Positions 9,134 through 22,902 of a stretch of DNA of 64,000 bases are shown one piece after another. The notes beneath the pieces were generated by a model. The model had not been told where the DNA came from and searched no databases. It saw nothing but the letters and a program-made list of their open reading frames with translations. Positions within the stretch are counted from its first letter, which is position 1; every line of letters starts with the position of its first letter. The position numbers and the translations under genes were made by a program. The stretch lies in NCBI GenBank assembly GCA_963755025.1, contig CAVWIH010000036.1:19956-83955 (forward strand). Direction: 5' to 3'. Origin of the DNA: an uncultured Actinomycetes bacterium. GTDB taxonomy: Bacteria > Actinomycetota > Thermoleophilia > UBA2241.

Positions 9134-10705
9134 CTACGGTCGCGGCGGCGCCTCGTCGCCTGCGGGGGCGTCGTCGGGTGCGGCCTCGCCTGCGTCGCCC
9201 GGTGCGGATGGGCCGGCGTCGGTGTCGAGCGACGCGTTCTCGGGCTCGACAGGCGCGTCCTGCGGCTCCGTCGGCGTGCCGGCCGGCTCGGCGGGCGCGT
9301 CGTGCGGCTCGACGGCCGTCGGCGGCGCGGGCGGCAGTTCGACGCGCTCGGCTGGAGCGCTGAACGGCGAGTCGCCGAGCGAGGCGGCGTCGTCGTCGGG
9401 GGCATCGCGCTCAAAGGCGGCGGTGGTCGGCGGCGCCATGTCGACGGCCTGGCCGGGGTCGTCGCCCAGCAGGTTGCGCTCGACCTCTTCGGAGGCGCGG
9501 CGCAGCGCTTCGATCTCGTCGCCCGACAGCGCGCGCCAGGCGCCGATCTTGAGGTTCTTGTCGGACAGGGGGCCGTAGCGGCGGCGATGCAGCTCTTCGA
9601 CCGGCAGGCCGAGAGCGGCCAGCATGCGGCGCACCTGGTGCTTGCGACCCTCGTGGATGGTGAGCTCGAGCAGCGTGGTCTTGTTGCTCTGCTTCTCGAT
9701 GCGCGCCTCAGCGGGAGCGGTGCGGCCGTCTTCGAGCTCGATACCGGCCCGCAGCTCGGCGAGCGCGCGCTTGCTGGCGTGACCCTTGACGCGCGCGCTG
9801 TAGGTCTTGGTGACGCCGTAGCGCGGGTGCATGAGCCGGTTGGCGAGCACGCCGTCGTTGGTGAGGATGATCAGGCCCGTCGTCTCGACGTCGAGCCTGC
9901 CCACCGGAAAGAGGATGCGCCCGTCGGGCACCAGGTCGACCAGCACCCGCTCGGCGTGCGGGTCGCGGCGCGTCGAGGCCACGCCGCGGGGCTTGTTGAT
10001 CAGCAGGTAGCGGTACTCGCGCGGCGTCACGACCTCGCCCTCGAGGGCGACCTCGGCCTTCTCCCCCACCTTCTCGCGTGGGAACGTGACCACCGTTCCG
10101 TCGATCGTCACCTTGCCGTCGCGGACGAGCTCGTCGCAGCGCCGCCGCGAGCCCACACCGCTGCGCGCCAGGTAGACGACGAGGGTCATGTCGCCGCCGC
10201 GCTCCTCGCCCCGCTCCGCGCCGCCGCGACCGCCGCCACCACGCTCTGCGCCGGTTTCGCTGCGCGCGCTCTGGTCGCCACGTCCACCGCCGGCTTCGCC
10301 ACGCCCGCCGCCGTACTCGCTGCGTCCGCCGCGCGGTTCGTTGCGGCCGCCGCCGGACTCGCCACGGCCGCTCTGCTCACCACGCCCGCCGCCGCGTCCG
10401 CCACGGCCGCCGCCGCGCCCGCCGCCGCGACGTCCGCGACGAGCGGTGCGCTCGCCGGTCGCGCCGGCCTTACTGTCGGGGCGCGCGGGGCCCTGAGCGC
10501 CGGGCTCGGAAGCGGCGCCCTCGCGAGGCGCGGCCGCACCGCCCGAAAGAGACTCTTCGCCGGGCGCGGCCGGGCCACTGGGCGCAGGCCGCGTGTCGGG
10601 CGCGGGCGGCTCGCCCGGGGTGGGCCGGCGGTCGCCCGAATGAGTGGCGTCGCCCTCGGGGCTCGTGTGGCCGTCGCGCTCGACGGACTCGCCGTCGTGA
10701 CTCAC
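9134..10705 (-). CDS. rluB: 23S rRNA pseudouridine synthase (RluB/RsuA family) with long low-complexity termini
   Basis: S4 domain (LARSGVGSRR), NKPRG, PVGRLD..TTG, EGRKHQVRRM; follows scpB. Confidence 0.9.
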   Translation of the reverse strand: MSHDGESVERDGHTSPEGDATHSGDRRPTPGEPPAPDTRPAPSGPAAPGEESLSGGAAAPREGAASEPGAQGPARPDSKAGATGERTARRGRRGGGRGGGRGGRGGGRGEQSGRGESGGGRNEPRGGRSEYGGGRGEAGGGRGDQSARSETGAERGGGGRGGAERGEERGGDMTLVVYLARSGVGSRRRCDELVRDGKVTIDGTVVTFPREKVGEKAEVALEGEVVTPREYRYLLINKPRGVASTRRDPHAERVLVDLVPDGRILFPVGRLDVETTGLIILTNDGVLANRLMHPRYGVTKTYSARVKGHASKRALAELRAGIELEDGRTAPAEARIEKQSNKTTLLELTIHEGRKHQVRRMLAALGLPVEELHRRRYGPLSDKNLKIGAWRALSGDEIEALRRASEEVERNLLGDDPGQAVDMAPPTTAAFERDAPDDDAASLGDSPFSAPAERVELPPAPPTAVEPHDAPAEPAGTPTEPQDAPVEPENASLDTDAGPSAPGDAGEAAPDDAPAGDEAPPRP

Positions 10706-11277
10706 GGGCGTCTCCTCTCGGCGTTCGACAGCAGCCGCGCGCGCAGCTCGTCGGTCTCGGCGGCCGACAGCGCGAAGGCGTCGAGGTCGTCTAAGTCGGT
10801 GAGGCCGCGCAGGCCGAACAGCTGCAGGAACCGCGCGCTCGTGGCGTACAGGATCGGCGCCCCCGGGGTGTCGGCGCGGCCGCTCTCTTCGACCAGACCG
10901 CGTTCGACGAGCGAGGTGAGCGCCCACTCCGACGAGACGCCGCGGACCTGGGCGACCTCGGCGCGCGTGGTGGGCTGCAGATAGGCCACCACGGCGAGTG
11001 TCTCGAGCAGCGCCGGCGAGAGGTCGTCGGGCCGCCGGGCGCCGGCGAACCGTTCGACGGCCGTTTCGCAGTCGCGCGCCACGCGCAGCGTGTAGCCGCC
11101 CGCTACCTGCGCCAGTTCGATGCCGTGACGCTCGCTCGCATACTCGGCGGCGAGGGCGGCAAGTCCCGCCTCGACCTCGACGGCGGGCTCGTCGCAGGCG
11201 GCGACCAGCTCGTCGATCGGGACGGGTCGGGGAGAGATGAAGATGACCGCTTCGAGGCGGCGGGCGATGTCGATCAT
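10702..11277 (-). CDS. scpB: SMC-Scp complex subunit ScpB
   Basis: LEAVIF, VAGGY, LETLAVVAYLQP.TRAEV..VRGV, PGAP.LYAT..FL..FGL. Confidence 0.95.
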   Translation of the reverse strand: MIDIARRLEAVIFISPRPVPIDELVAACDEPAVEVEAGLAALAAEYASERHGIELAQVAGGYTLRVARDCETAVERFAGARRPDDLSPALLETLAVVAYLQPTTRAEVAQVRGVSSEWALTSLVERGLVEESGRADTPGAPILYATSARFLQLFGLRGLTDLDDLDAFALSAAETDELRARLLSNAERRRP

Positions 11278-11325
11278 GAGACTCGGGGCTCGGGGAGTGA
11301 AGGACGCGGGCGCTACTGGAGCATC

Positions 11326-12138
11326 CTACCCCACGGCCGCGAGCGCGTCATCAGAGCGCGCATCGCGGGGGCCGGGCGCGCCGGTGCGCGTCACCGTGAT
11401 CTCGGCGAACGGCCGCGGCTGGCGCAAGCTCACTTCGCCGCTGTTGTGCAGCTCGAGCAGGGCGAAGAAGGTCACGGCCTTTTCGAGCCTGTCGCGGGGC
11501 GCCACCGCCGAGAACGTGAAGCTCTCGTCGGCGGCCAACAGGTCGCGCAAGCGGCGCAGCTCGGCGACCAGCGTGACGGCGATGTCGGTGATGTGGCTCA
11601 CGTCGGGCGCCGGCGGCTCGGTGAGCAGCACGCCGAGCGCCCGCGACAGCGCGGAGGGCGGCAGGGCCGGGCCGGCGCTCGCGGCGCGCGTGAAGCGCTG
11701 CGGCACGGGCACCGTGCGGTAGAGGCGGCCGGCGTGGTCGGCGAACAGCTCGCCGAGGCGGCCGGCGGCGCCCTTGAAGCGGGCGAAGCGCAGCAGCGTC
11801 TCGAGCAACTCCTCGCCGGCGGCCTCTTCGTCGAGCTCGGCGAGCTCGTCGACGAACGGGCTGCCGGCGTCGAGCAGGCGCCGCGACTTGAGCTCGAGCA
11901 GCGCCGCCACCAGCACGATGAAATGCGAGGTGGCTTCGAGGTCGAACTCTTCGGACTCGGCCAGGCGCAGGATGTACTCGGCGACGATGCGCGAGACGTG
12001 GATCTCCCAGATGTCGACCTCGTCGCGCAGGATGAGCGTGACCAGCAGGTCGAACGGGCCGTCGAAGACGTCGAGGTCGACGTGCAGCCCGTCGAGGGGT
12101 CCGCCCGGGGCCGCGGCGCGCAGCGCCGTGTCGCTCAC
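11326..12138 (-). CDS. scpA: Segregation/condensation kleisin ScpA
   Basis: FDGPFDLL..LI, LLELKSRRLL, VTFFALLEL, Q..PFAEI. Confidence 0.93.
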   Translation of the reverse strand: MSDTALRAAAPGGPLDGLHVDLDVFDGPFDLLVTLILRDEVDIWEIHVSRIVAEYILRLAESEEFDLEATSHFIVLVAALLELKSRRLLDAGSPFVDELAELDEEAAGEELLETLLRFARFKGAAGRLGELFADHAGRLYRTVPVPQRFTRAASAGPALPPSALSRALGVLLTEPPAPDVSHITDIAVTLVAELRRLRDLLAADESFTFSAVAPRDRLEKAVTFFALLELHNSGEVSLRQPRPFAEITVTRTGAPGPRDARSDDALAAVG

Positions 12139-12172
12139 CGCGCCGACCGGCCGCGGGAAGGGCGGTCGCAGG

Positions 12173-13378
12173 TCACTGGTCGGTCTGCCGCATGAACGGC
12201 GGTATGTCGAGGTCGGCGGTGTCGAAGCTCGGTGGCCGCTCGAAGGGCGTGCTCTCGGAGTCGGACGGCGGACGCCGCTCGCCCGACGCCGGGCGCTGGG
12301 CGCCGGGCGCCGTCGCCGTGGCCCGCGGCGTGGCCTCGGGGCCAAAGCCGGTGGCGATCACGGTCACGCTCATGAGGCCTTCGAGCCGTTCGTCGACGAC
12401 CGCGCCGAAGATGATGTTGGCGTCGTCGTCGGCCGCCAGGGCGATCTCGCCGGCCGCTTCGTTGACCTCGTAGAGCGACAGGTCGCTGCCGCCGGTGATG
12501 TTGAGCAGGATGCCGCGCGCCCCGCTGATGGAGGTCTCGAGGAGCGGCGAGCTGATGGCCATGCGCGCCGCTTCGTTGGCGCGCGCCTCGCCACGGCCGC
12601 TGCCGATGCCCATGAGCGCCGTGCCCGCCTCTTTCATGATGGTGCGCACGTCGGCGAAGTCGAGGTTGATGAGGCCGGGCACCGTGATCAGGTCGCAGAT
12701 GCCCTGGACGCCCTGGCGCAGGATGTCGTCGGCGTAGCGGAAGGCTTCGACGATGGTGGTCGTGCGGTCGACGACCTGCAGGAGCCGGTCGTTGGGAATG
12801 ACGATGACGGTGTCGACCGAGGCCCGCAGCTCGTCGATACCGGCGAGCGCCTGGGCTTCGCGCTTGCGGCCCTCGAACGAGAACGGCTTGGTGACGATGG
12901 CGACGGTGAGCGCGCCCAGCTCGCGCGCCACGGCGGCGATGACCGGCGCGGCGCCGGTGCCGGTGCCGCCTCCCTCGCCCGCGGTGACGAACACCATGTC
13001 GGCTCCCTTGAGGGCCTGCTTGATCTGGTCGCGCGATACCTCGACCGCCTGGCGGCCGACTTCGGGGACGGCGCCGCCGCCCAGGCCGTGGGTGATCTCC
13101 TGCCCCACGTGGATCTTGACGTCGGCCTCGCAGGTCTGCAGCGACTGCGAGTCGGTGTTGACGGCGATGAACTCGACGCCGCGGATGCCGGAATCGACCA
13201 TGCGGTTGACGGCGTTCGTGCCGCCGCCGCCCACGCCCACGACCTTGATGGTGGTGACGTAGGCGCGGCCCTGCACGACGGGGTCGTCGGCTTCGGAGCC
13301 CGGAGGCCCGTCGCCGCTCACGTCGGTACGGCGAAACAGTTCGGACAGACCGTCGCGCATGCTAGGCCGATTTGCCAT
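12173..13378 (-). CDS. ftsZ: Cell division protein FtsZ with ~35-40 aa N-terminal extension
   Basis: [27 protein letters not shown] tubulin signature, PFSFEG, INLDFAD T7 loop, C-terminal LDIPPFMR. Confidence 0.97.
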   Translation of the reverse strand: MANRPSMRDGLSELFRRTDVSGDGPPGSEADDPVVQGRAYVTTIKVVGVGGGGTNAVNRMVDSGIRGVEFIAVNTDSQSLQTCEADVKIHVGQEITHGLGGGAVPEVGRQAVEVSRDQIKQALKGADMVFVTAGEGGGTGTGAAPVIAAVARELGALTVAIVTKPFSFEGRKREAQALAGIDELRASVDTVIVIPNDRLLQVVDRTTTIVEAFRYADDILRQGVQGICDLITVPGLINLDFADVRTIMKEAGTALMGIGSGRGEARANEAARMAISSPLLETSISGARGILLNITGGSDLSLYEVNEAAGEIALAADDDANIIFGAVVDERLEGLMSVTVIATGFGPEATPRATATAPGAQRPASGERRPPSDSESTPFERPPSFDTADLDIPPFMRQTDQ

Positions 13379-14120
13379 TCAGCACCTCCCGAGCGAGGCT
13401 GCGGTACGCCTCGGCGCCTTTGCCCCTGGGATCGTACTTGAGCACCGACGAACCCTGCACGGGCGCCTCGGCGAACTTGATCGTCTTGCGCACCACGGTC
13501 TTGAACACCAGAGGTCCGAAGTTCTCTTTTAAGATCTCGATGGCCTCGCGGCCGTGCAGCGTGCGCGAGTCGAAGAGCGTTGGCAGGATGCCCCTGATGC
13601 GCACCCGCGGGTTGATGTCTTCGCGGATCATCTCGAGCGTGCGCTCGAGCTGCAGCAGGCCGCGCAGCGAGAGGTACTCGCACTGCACCGGCACGATCAC
13701 GCCGTCGGAGGCGGCCAGGGCGTTGATGGTGAGCAGCCCCAGCGAGGGCGGCGTGTCGATGAGGATGTAGTCGTACTTGTCCTGCATGGGCTTGAGGGCG
13801 CGCTCGAGGGCGCGCTCGCGGCCGATCTGCGTGGAGAGCGCCATCTCGGCGCCGGCCAGGTCGATCGTCGCCGCGGCCACGTCGATCTCGTTGCTCAGGA
13901 TGACGTCGTCGATCGGCAACCGGTGGACGAGCACGTCGTACATGCTCTTCTCGAGGTTCTCGGGGTCGATGCCCTGGCTCATGGTCAGGTTGCCCTGCGG
14001 GTCCATGTCGACCGCCAGCACGCGCTTGCCCATCTCGACGAGCGCGACGCCGAGATTGACGGTGGAGGTCGTTTTGGCTACGCCACCTTTCTGGTTTGCG
14101 AAAGCCAGAACCTGAGCCAT
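13362..14120 (-). CDS. ParA/Soj-family ATPase (orphan; no parB in window)
   Basis: Deviant Walker [44 protein letters not shown]. Confidence 0.95.
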   Translation of the reverse strand: MAQVLAFANQKGGVAKTTSTVNLGVALVEMGKRVLAVDMDPQGNLTMSQGIDPENLEKSMYDVLVHRLPIDDVILSNEIDVAAATIDLAGAEMALSTQIGRERALERALKPMQDKYDYILIDTPPSLGLLTINALAASDGVIVPVQCEYLSLRGLLQLERTLEMIREDINPRVRIRGILPTLFDSRTLHGREAIEILKENFGPLVFKTVVRKTIKFAEAPVQGSSVLKYDPRGKGAEAYRSLAREVLNGKSA

Positions 14121-14265
14121 GGGTCATGCTCCTGTCTAGAGACCGGTTCTCGCTACCATTCTTGGCGAGCCCGATAAACCCTGCAAAGTCGAGGCTCGAC
14201 GCGAGCGTGTGCCAGAGCCCGCGCGCGGCCCCCGCGAGCGCGACCCGACCGCGCTCGCATGCGGC

Positions 14266-14314
14266 GAGGGGCGCGACGGGAGGGCATCTGCGATGCCCTC
14301 CCGTCGCGCCCCTC
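14266..14314. terminator. Perfect 23-bp-stem hairpin between yajC and parA
   Basis: gaggggcgcgacgggagggcatc-tgc-gatgccctcccgtcgcgcccctc; no clear U-tract. Confidence 0.55.
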
Positions 14315-14364
14315 CGCGAAAGCTGCCGGAGCCGCCTGCGAGGCGCCCTCGCCGCACTAAGTGC

Positions 14365-17901
<3,537 letters not shown>

Positions 17902-17908
17902 GGTGGCG

Positions 17909-17914
17909 ATTATA
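17909..17914 (-). promoter_or_regulatory. -10 box TATAAT 7 nt before the queH start (probable leaderless mRNA)
   Basis: Plus-strand attata 17909-17914; GTG at 17901; no SD. Confidence 0.55.
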
Positions 17915-18017
17915 GCGCCGCGACGACGGTCGGCACGCGGCCGCGCCGCGACGGCGACCGACGAGAGGCCCGGCGGTGGCGCCCCGAGGCGCCCGGACGT
18001 CGGCCCGGCAGGGCAGC

Positions 18018-19052
18018 CTACTCGAAGAGCTTGCCGGCCTTGGGCGCCGGCGGCACGTCGAAGCCGCAGTGGCGCATGCCCGACGAGGTGACGATACGGC
18101 CGCGCGGCGTGCGCTGCAGGAAGCCGCGCATGATGAGGTAGGGCTCGTAGACGTCCATCAGGGTATCGGACTCCTCGCCCAGCGCCACCGCCAGGGTGTC
18201 GAGGCCCACCGGCCCGCCGTCGAACTTCTGCACGATGGTCAGCAGGATGTCGCGGTCGAGCTTGTCGAGCCCTTCGTGGTCGACCTGGAACAGGTCGAGG
18301 GCGGCCAGGCAGATGTCGAGGGTGACGATGCCTTCGTGGCGCACCTCGGCGAAGTCGCGCACGCGGCGCAGCAGGCGGTTGACCACGCGCGGCGTGCCGC
18401 GCGCCCGGGCGGCCAGCTGGGCCGCCGATTCGTCGTCGATCGTGACGCCCAGGATGCCGGCCGAGCGGCGCACGATCGCGGCGAGCTCGTCTTCGGCGTA
18501 GTACTCGAGGCGCTGCCACACGCCGAAGCGGTCGCGCAGCGGTGTGGTGAGCAGGCCGGTGCGCGTGGTGGCGCCGATCAGCGTGAACGGCGGCACCGAC
18601 AGCCTGATGCTGCGCGCCGCGGGGCCCTCGCCGATCATGATGTCGATCTCGTAGTCTTCCATCGCGGGGTAGAGCACCTCTTCGATGGACGAGTTCAGGC
18701 GGTGGATCTCGTCGACGAAGAGCACGTCGCCCTCTTGCAGGTTGGTGAGGATGCCGGCGACGTCGACCTTGCGTTCGAGGGCGGGGCCCGAGGTGGTGTG
18801 TACGCTGACCTGCATCTCGGTGGCGATGATGCCGGCGAGGGTGGTCTTGCCCAGGCCCGGAGGGCCGGCCAGCAGCACGTGGTCGAGGGTCTCGCCGCGG
18901 TTGCGCGCCGCCTGCACGAAGATCTCGAGCTGCTCTTTGACGCTGGTCTGGCCCACGAAGTCGGCGAAGCACTTGGGGCGCAGCGACTTGTCGAAGTCGC
19001 GCTCTTCGGGTAGTTCTCCGGGGTCGGCGATGCGGCGCGTGTCGTCGGTCAC
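18018..19052 (-). CDS. ruvB: Holliday junction branch migration helicase RuvB
   Basis: [41 protein letters not shown]. Confidence 0.97.
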   Translation of the reverse strand: MTDDTRRIADPGELPEERDFDKSLRPKCFADFVGQTSVKEQLEIFVQAARNRGETLDHVLLAGPPGLGKTTLAGIIATEMQVSVHTTSGPALERKVDVAGILTNLQEGDVLFVDEIHRLNSSIEEVLYPAMEDYEIDIMIGEGPAARSIRLSVPPFTLIGATTRTGLLTTPLRDRFGVWQRLEYYAEDELAAIVRRSAGILGVTIDDESAAQLAARARGTPRVVNRLLRRVRDFAEVRHEGIVTLDICLAALDLFQVDHEGLDKLDRDILLTIVQKFDGGPVGLDTLAVALGEESDTLMDVYEPYLIMRGFLQRTPRGRIVTSSGMRHCGFDVPPAPKAGKLFE

Positions 19053-19056
19053 GGCG

Positions 19057-19656
19057 TCAGGCCGGCGCTTTCTTGGTGAGGGCGTAGCGCACGAGCTCTT
19101 CGAGCGAGGCGTCGTCGGGGGCGCCCTGCAGGGCGGCCTCGGCGTCGCGCAGCGGCAGGCCCAGGTTCTGCAGCGCGACCCGCGCCTGCAGGAAGGGGTT
19201 GGGGCCGGCGACGACGGCGCCCTCGGGCGAGGCCGGCGCGGTGTCGAGCGCCACCCCGACCTTGTCTTTGAGCTCGAGCACGAGGCGCTGGGCGAGCTTG
19301 TTGCCGATGCCGCTGATGGATTCGAAGCGTTTGTGGTCGCCGCGCACCACGGCCGTCTCCAGGTCGGCCACCGAATAGGCCGAGAGGATGGCCAAAGCCA
19401 CCTTGGGACCCACGCCGTTCACGCCGATGAGGGTGACGAAGAAGCGCCGCTCACGCGGGCTCTCGAAGCCGAAGAGCTGCAGGGCGTCGTCGCGCACGTG
19501 CAGGTAGGTATGCACCAGGACTTCGTCGCCCACGCGGCGCGACAGGGCCGCCGCCAGGCGGCCGGGCACGAGCAGGCCGTAGCCCAGGCCGCCGGCCTCG
19601 ATGACGACCTTCTCGGCGTCGGCGTCGGTGACCCGGCCGCGCACGGAGACGATCAT
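19057..19656 (-). CDS. ruvA: Holliday junction branch migration protein RuvA
   Basis: [36 protein letters not shown]. Confidence 0.95.
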   Translation of the reverse strand: MIVSVRGRVTDADAEKVVIEAGGLGYGLLVPGRLAAALSRRVGDEVLVHTYLHVRDDALQLFGFESPRERRFFVTLIGVNGVGPKVALAILSAYSVADLETAVVRGDHKRFESISGIGNKLAQRLVLELKDKVGVALDTAPASPEGAVVAGPNPFLQARVALQNLGLPLRDAEAALQGAPDDASLEELVRYALTKKAPA

Positions 19657-19714
19657 GCGAGCCCCGCTTGCAGCGGGCTGGACGCGGCTGTCGGCCTGAC
19701 GCGCACGAACGGCA

Positions 19715-20209
19715 TCAGGTGGCGCGCAGGGTGCGCAACAGCGCGTTCGTGTGGACGTGCGTGATGGCCACGGCGAGGGCGTCGGAGGCGTGGTCGGGCT
19801 GCACGATCTTGGGCAGCGCCAGCAGCACCTTGGTCATCTCCTGCACCTGCACCTTGTTGGCCCTGCCGTAGCCGGTGACGGCCTGCTTGACCGCCAGCGG
19901 CGTGTAGTCGACGCAGGGCAGGTCGCGCTCGCCGGCCGCCAGGATGATGGCGCCGCGGGCGTGGCCCACAGCCAGCGCGGTCTTGACGTTGACGTTGACG
20001 AAGAGCTCTTCGAGCGCCACGACCGCCGGGTGAAAGCGGTCGATCAGGCTGAGGATCTGGTCGTGGATCTGGCGCAGCCGCTGCGGCGTCTCGGTGCGCG
20101 CCGAGGTGACGATGCAGCCGTGGCCCAGCGAGCGGATCTTGTTGCCCTGCTGCTCGATCACGCCCCAACCGGTGCTCGCCGTGCCGGGGTCGATCCCCAG
20201 GACGACCAT
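19715..20209 (-). CDS. ruvC: Crossover junction endodeoxyribonuclease RuvC
   Basis: LGIDPG, EELF..VN, GHARG, VKQAVTGYG.A.K.QV, DHASDALAVA. Confidence 0.95.
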   Translation of the reverse strand: MVVLGIDPGTASTGWGVIEQQGNKIRSLGHGCIVTSARTETPQRLRQIHDQILSLIDRFHPAVVALEELFVNVNVKTALAVGHARGAIILAAGERDLPCVDYTPLAVKQAVTGYGRANKVQVQEMTKVLLALPKIVQPDHASDALAVAITHVHTNALLRTLRAT

Positions 20210-20327
20210 GACTGATGCGTCGTGTCGCTGCTCTCGCATGACCACTCCCCTTGGGCTCCGGTCGCCGCCCACGGCCCGGCGCCCAGGCGAGGCGCCAGCC
20301 GTGCAGTTCTCGCGCAGTTCGTGTGGG

Positions 20328-21077
20328 CTACCCGGCGACGGCCTCGAGGACCTCGTCGGAGATATCGAAGTTGGCGTAGACCTCTTGCACGTCGTCGCTG
20401 CTCTCGAGCGCGTCGATGAGCCTGAGGGTCTTGCGGGCGTCGGATTCGTCTAGCTTGACCGTGGTCTTGGGGATCATGGTGAGCTCGGCCTGCTCGCACT
20501 CGATGCCCGCGGCTTCGAGCGCCTGGCGCACGGCGGTGAGGGCCGCAGGCTCGGTGACGACCTCGATGGTCTGGCCGTCGACGGTGACGTCGTCGGCGCC
20601 GCCTTCGATGGCGGCCTCCATGACGGCGTCTTCGCCGAAGCGCGTGGCGTCGACCGTGAGCGAGCCGCGGCGCTCGAAGATCCAGGCGACCGCGCCCGGA
20701 CCGCCGAGGCTGCCGTTGTGCTTGGCGAAGATGTTGCGCACGTCGGCCGCCGAGCGGTTCTTGTTGTCGGTGAGCACCTCGACGATGACGGCTACGCCGT
20801 TCGGGCCGTAGCCCTCGTAGAGGATGGCTTCGAAGTTGGCGCCGCCCTCTTTGCCGGCGCCGCGTTCGATGGCGCGGTCGATGTTGTCTTTGGGCATGCT
20901 GTACGAGCGCGCCTTTTCGACGGCGGCTGCGAGCGCGGCGTTGGCCGCGGGGTCGGCGCCGCCCTCTTTGGCGGCCACCATGATGGCGCGGGCCAGCTTG
21001 GAGAAGAGCTGGCCCCGCTTGGCATCTGCGGCGCCCTTCTTATGCTTGATCGTCGACCACTTGGAATGCCCAGACAC
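20328..21077 (-). CDS. yebC: YebC/PmpR-family protein
   Basis: MSGHSKWSTIKHKKG, YEGYGP.GVA, TDNKNRS, DDVQEVYAN. Confidence 0.96.
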   Translation of the reverse strand: MSGHSKWSTIKHKKGAADAKRGQLFSKLARAIMVAAKEGGADPAANAALAAAVEKARSYSMPKDNIDRAIERGAGKEGGANFEAILYEGYGPNGVAVIVEVLTDNKNRSAADVRNIFAKHNGSLGGPGAVAWIFERRGSLTVDATRFGEDAVMEAAIEGGADDVTVDGQTIEVVTEPAALTAVRQALEAAGIECEQAELTMIPKTTVKLDESDARKTLRLIDALESSDDVQEVYANFDISDEVLEAVAG

Positions 21078-21787
21078 TACGAGACCACCTCCTCGGCCGG
21101 CGCCACGGCGCGTACGCCGGTCGCCCCCGCTTCGTTGCGTGCGGCGCGCACCACGGAGAGGAACGCGTCATGCATCCTTGTATCACCGGTCAGCTCTGGG
21201 TGAAAGGCCGTGACCAGCACCCGGCCTTCGCGCGCGGCCACGGCGTGCCCCTGGTGGGTAGCCAGGACCTCGACGTCGGGGCCGGCGCGCTCGATCCACG
21301 GCGCGCGTATGAAGACAGCGCGCAGCGGCGGCGCCCCGAACAGCGGGACGTCGAGGTCGGCCTCGAAGCTGTGCACCTGACGGCCGAAGGCGTTGCGCCG
21401 CGCCACGATGTCGATGAGGCCGAGCACCGGCTGATCGCCCTCGGCGATCTCGCGGGCCACCACGATGAGCCCCGCGCAGGTGCCGTAGATCGGCATGCCG
21501 CCCTGGGCGCGCGCCTTGATGGGCGCGATCAGGCCGAAGTGGTTCATGAGCTTGCCGATCGTGGTGCTCTCGCCGCCGGGTATGACGAGCGCCTCGATGC
21601 CGTCGAGGTCGGCCGGCAGGCGCACCTCGGTGGTCGCCGCGCCCAGGCCTTCGAGCACGGCGCGGTGCTCGCGAAAGTCGCCCTGCAGGGCGAGCACGCC
21701 CACCCGCGGCGCCGCGGCCGCAGCGGCCGCGGGCCGGCGAAAGTCGGGCGACAGAATGGCGTCGCGACGCCGCACCACGCCGCTCAC
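21077..21787 (-). CDS. pdxT: PLP synthase glutaminase subunit
   Basis: GVLALQGDF.EH, PGGESTT, GTCAG, RNAFGRQ, FIRAP, FHPEL. Confidence 0.95.
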   Translation of the reverse strand: MSGVVRRRDAILSPDFRRPAAAAAAAPRVGVLALQGDFREHRAVLEGLGAATTEVRLPADLDGIEALVIPGGESTTIGKLMNHFGLIAPIKARAQGGMPIYGTCAGLIVVAREIAEGDQPVLGLIDIVARRNAFGRQVHSFEADLDVPLFGAPPLRAVFIRAPWIERAGPDVEVLATHQGHAVAAREGRVLVTAFHPELTGDTRMHDAFLSVVRAARNEAGATGVRAVAPAEEVVS

Positions 21788-21830
21788 GCCGCCGCCCGCA
21801 GGTACCCGGCCGCCGTGTGAGAAGACGCCG

Positions 21831-22715
21831 TCAACCGCGGTACTGGATCTTCTGCTCGGCCGTCATCTTGGCCGCCTCGATGCCTTCCATGGCGTCGCCC
21901 AGGCCGACCGACACCTCGGCGAGCACCGCGGGGTCGTTGTAGTTGGTCGTGGCCCGCACGATGGCCACCGCGCGGCTCGCCGGGTCGGCGCTCTTGAAGA
22001 TGCCCGAACCCACGAACACGCCCTCGGCGCCGAGCTGCATCATGAGCGCGGCGTCGGCCGGCGTGGCGATGCCGCCCGCCGAGAAGTTGACGACCGGCAG
22101 CTTGCCGTTCTCGGCCACCCAGCGCACCAGCGAGAAGGGCGCGCGCAGGTCTTTGGCGGCGGCGTTGTAGAGCTCGTCTTCGTCCATGGCGGTGAGGGCG
22201 CGGATCTGGCCCGTGATGGTGCGCATGTGGCGCACGGCTTCGACGACGTCGCCGGTGCCGGCCTCGCCCTTGGTGCGGATCATGGCGGCGCCCTCGCTCA
22301 CCCGGCGCAGCGCCTGGCCCAGGTCGATGGCGCCGCACACGAAGGGCACCGTGAACTTGAACTTGTCGATGTGATGAGCTTCGTCGGCGGGCGTGAGGAC
22401 TTCGGATTCGTCGATGTAGTCGACTTCGAGCGCCTCGAGGATCTGCGCCTCGACGAAGTGGCCGATACGCGCTTTGGCCATGACCGGGATGCTGACTGCT
22501 TCCTGGATCTCTTTGATCTTGAGGGGATCGGCCATGCGCGCCACGCCGCCGTCGCGGCGGATGTCGGCGGGCACGCGCTCGAGGGCCATGACGGCGCACG
22601 CGCCGGCTTCTTCGGCGATCCGGGCCTGCTCGGCGTTGGTGACGTCCATGATGACGCCGCCCTTGAGCATGTCGGCGAGTCCGCTCTTTACACGCATCGT
22701 CCCGATGTCGCTCAC
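21831..22715 (-). CDS. pdxS: PLP synthase lyase subunit
   Basis: [42 protein letters not shown]. Confidence 0.97.
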   Translation of the reverse strand: MSDIGTMRVKSGLADMLKGGVIMDVTNAEQARIAEEAGACAVMALERVPADIRRDGGVARMADPLKIKEIQEAVSIPVMAKARIGHFVEAQILEALEVDYIDESEVLTPADEAHHIDKFKFTVPFVCGAIDLGQALRRVSEGAAMIRTKGEAGTGDVVEAVRHMRTITGQIRALTAMDEDELYNAAAKDLRAPFSLVRWVAENGKLPVVNFSAGGIATPADAALMMQLGAEGVFVGSGIFKSADPASRAVAIVRATTNYNDPAVLAEVSVGLGDAMEGIEAAKMTAEQKIQYRG

Positions 22716-22853
22716 GGGATACCTCCGTTGTCTTGCTGGAACGTTGATTCTATCGCAGGCTCGAGACGGCTTCCAACGGTCGCTCGTCTCTAAAGTACCC
22801 GCAAATCGCGGCAAACCGGCAGAGCTCGGGGAGCCGTGAACTTTGGTCGGGAC

Positions 22854-22893
22854 AAAAAAACCGGCGGCGGGCCCGCTGAGGGGCCCGCCGCCG
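22854..22893 (-). terminator. Intrinsic terminator of the EF-G-like gene
   Basis: 13-bp GC stem (22862-22893) followed by T7 on the minus strand. Confidence 0.85.
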
Positions 22894-22902
22894 CCCTGCC
22901 GC

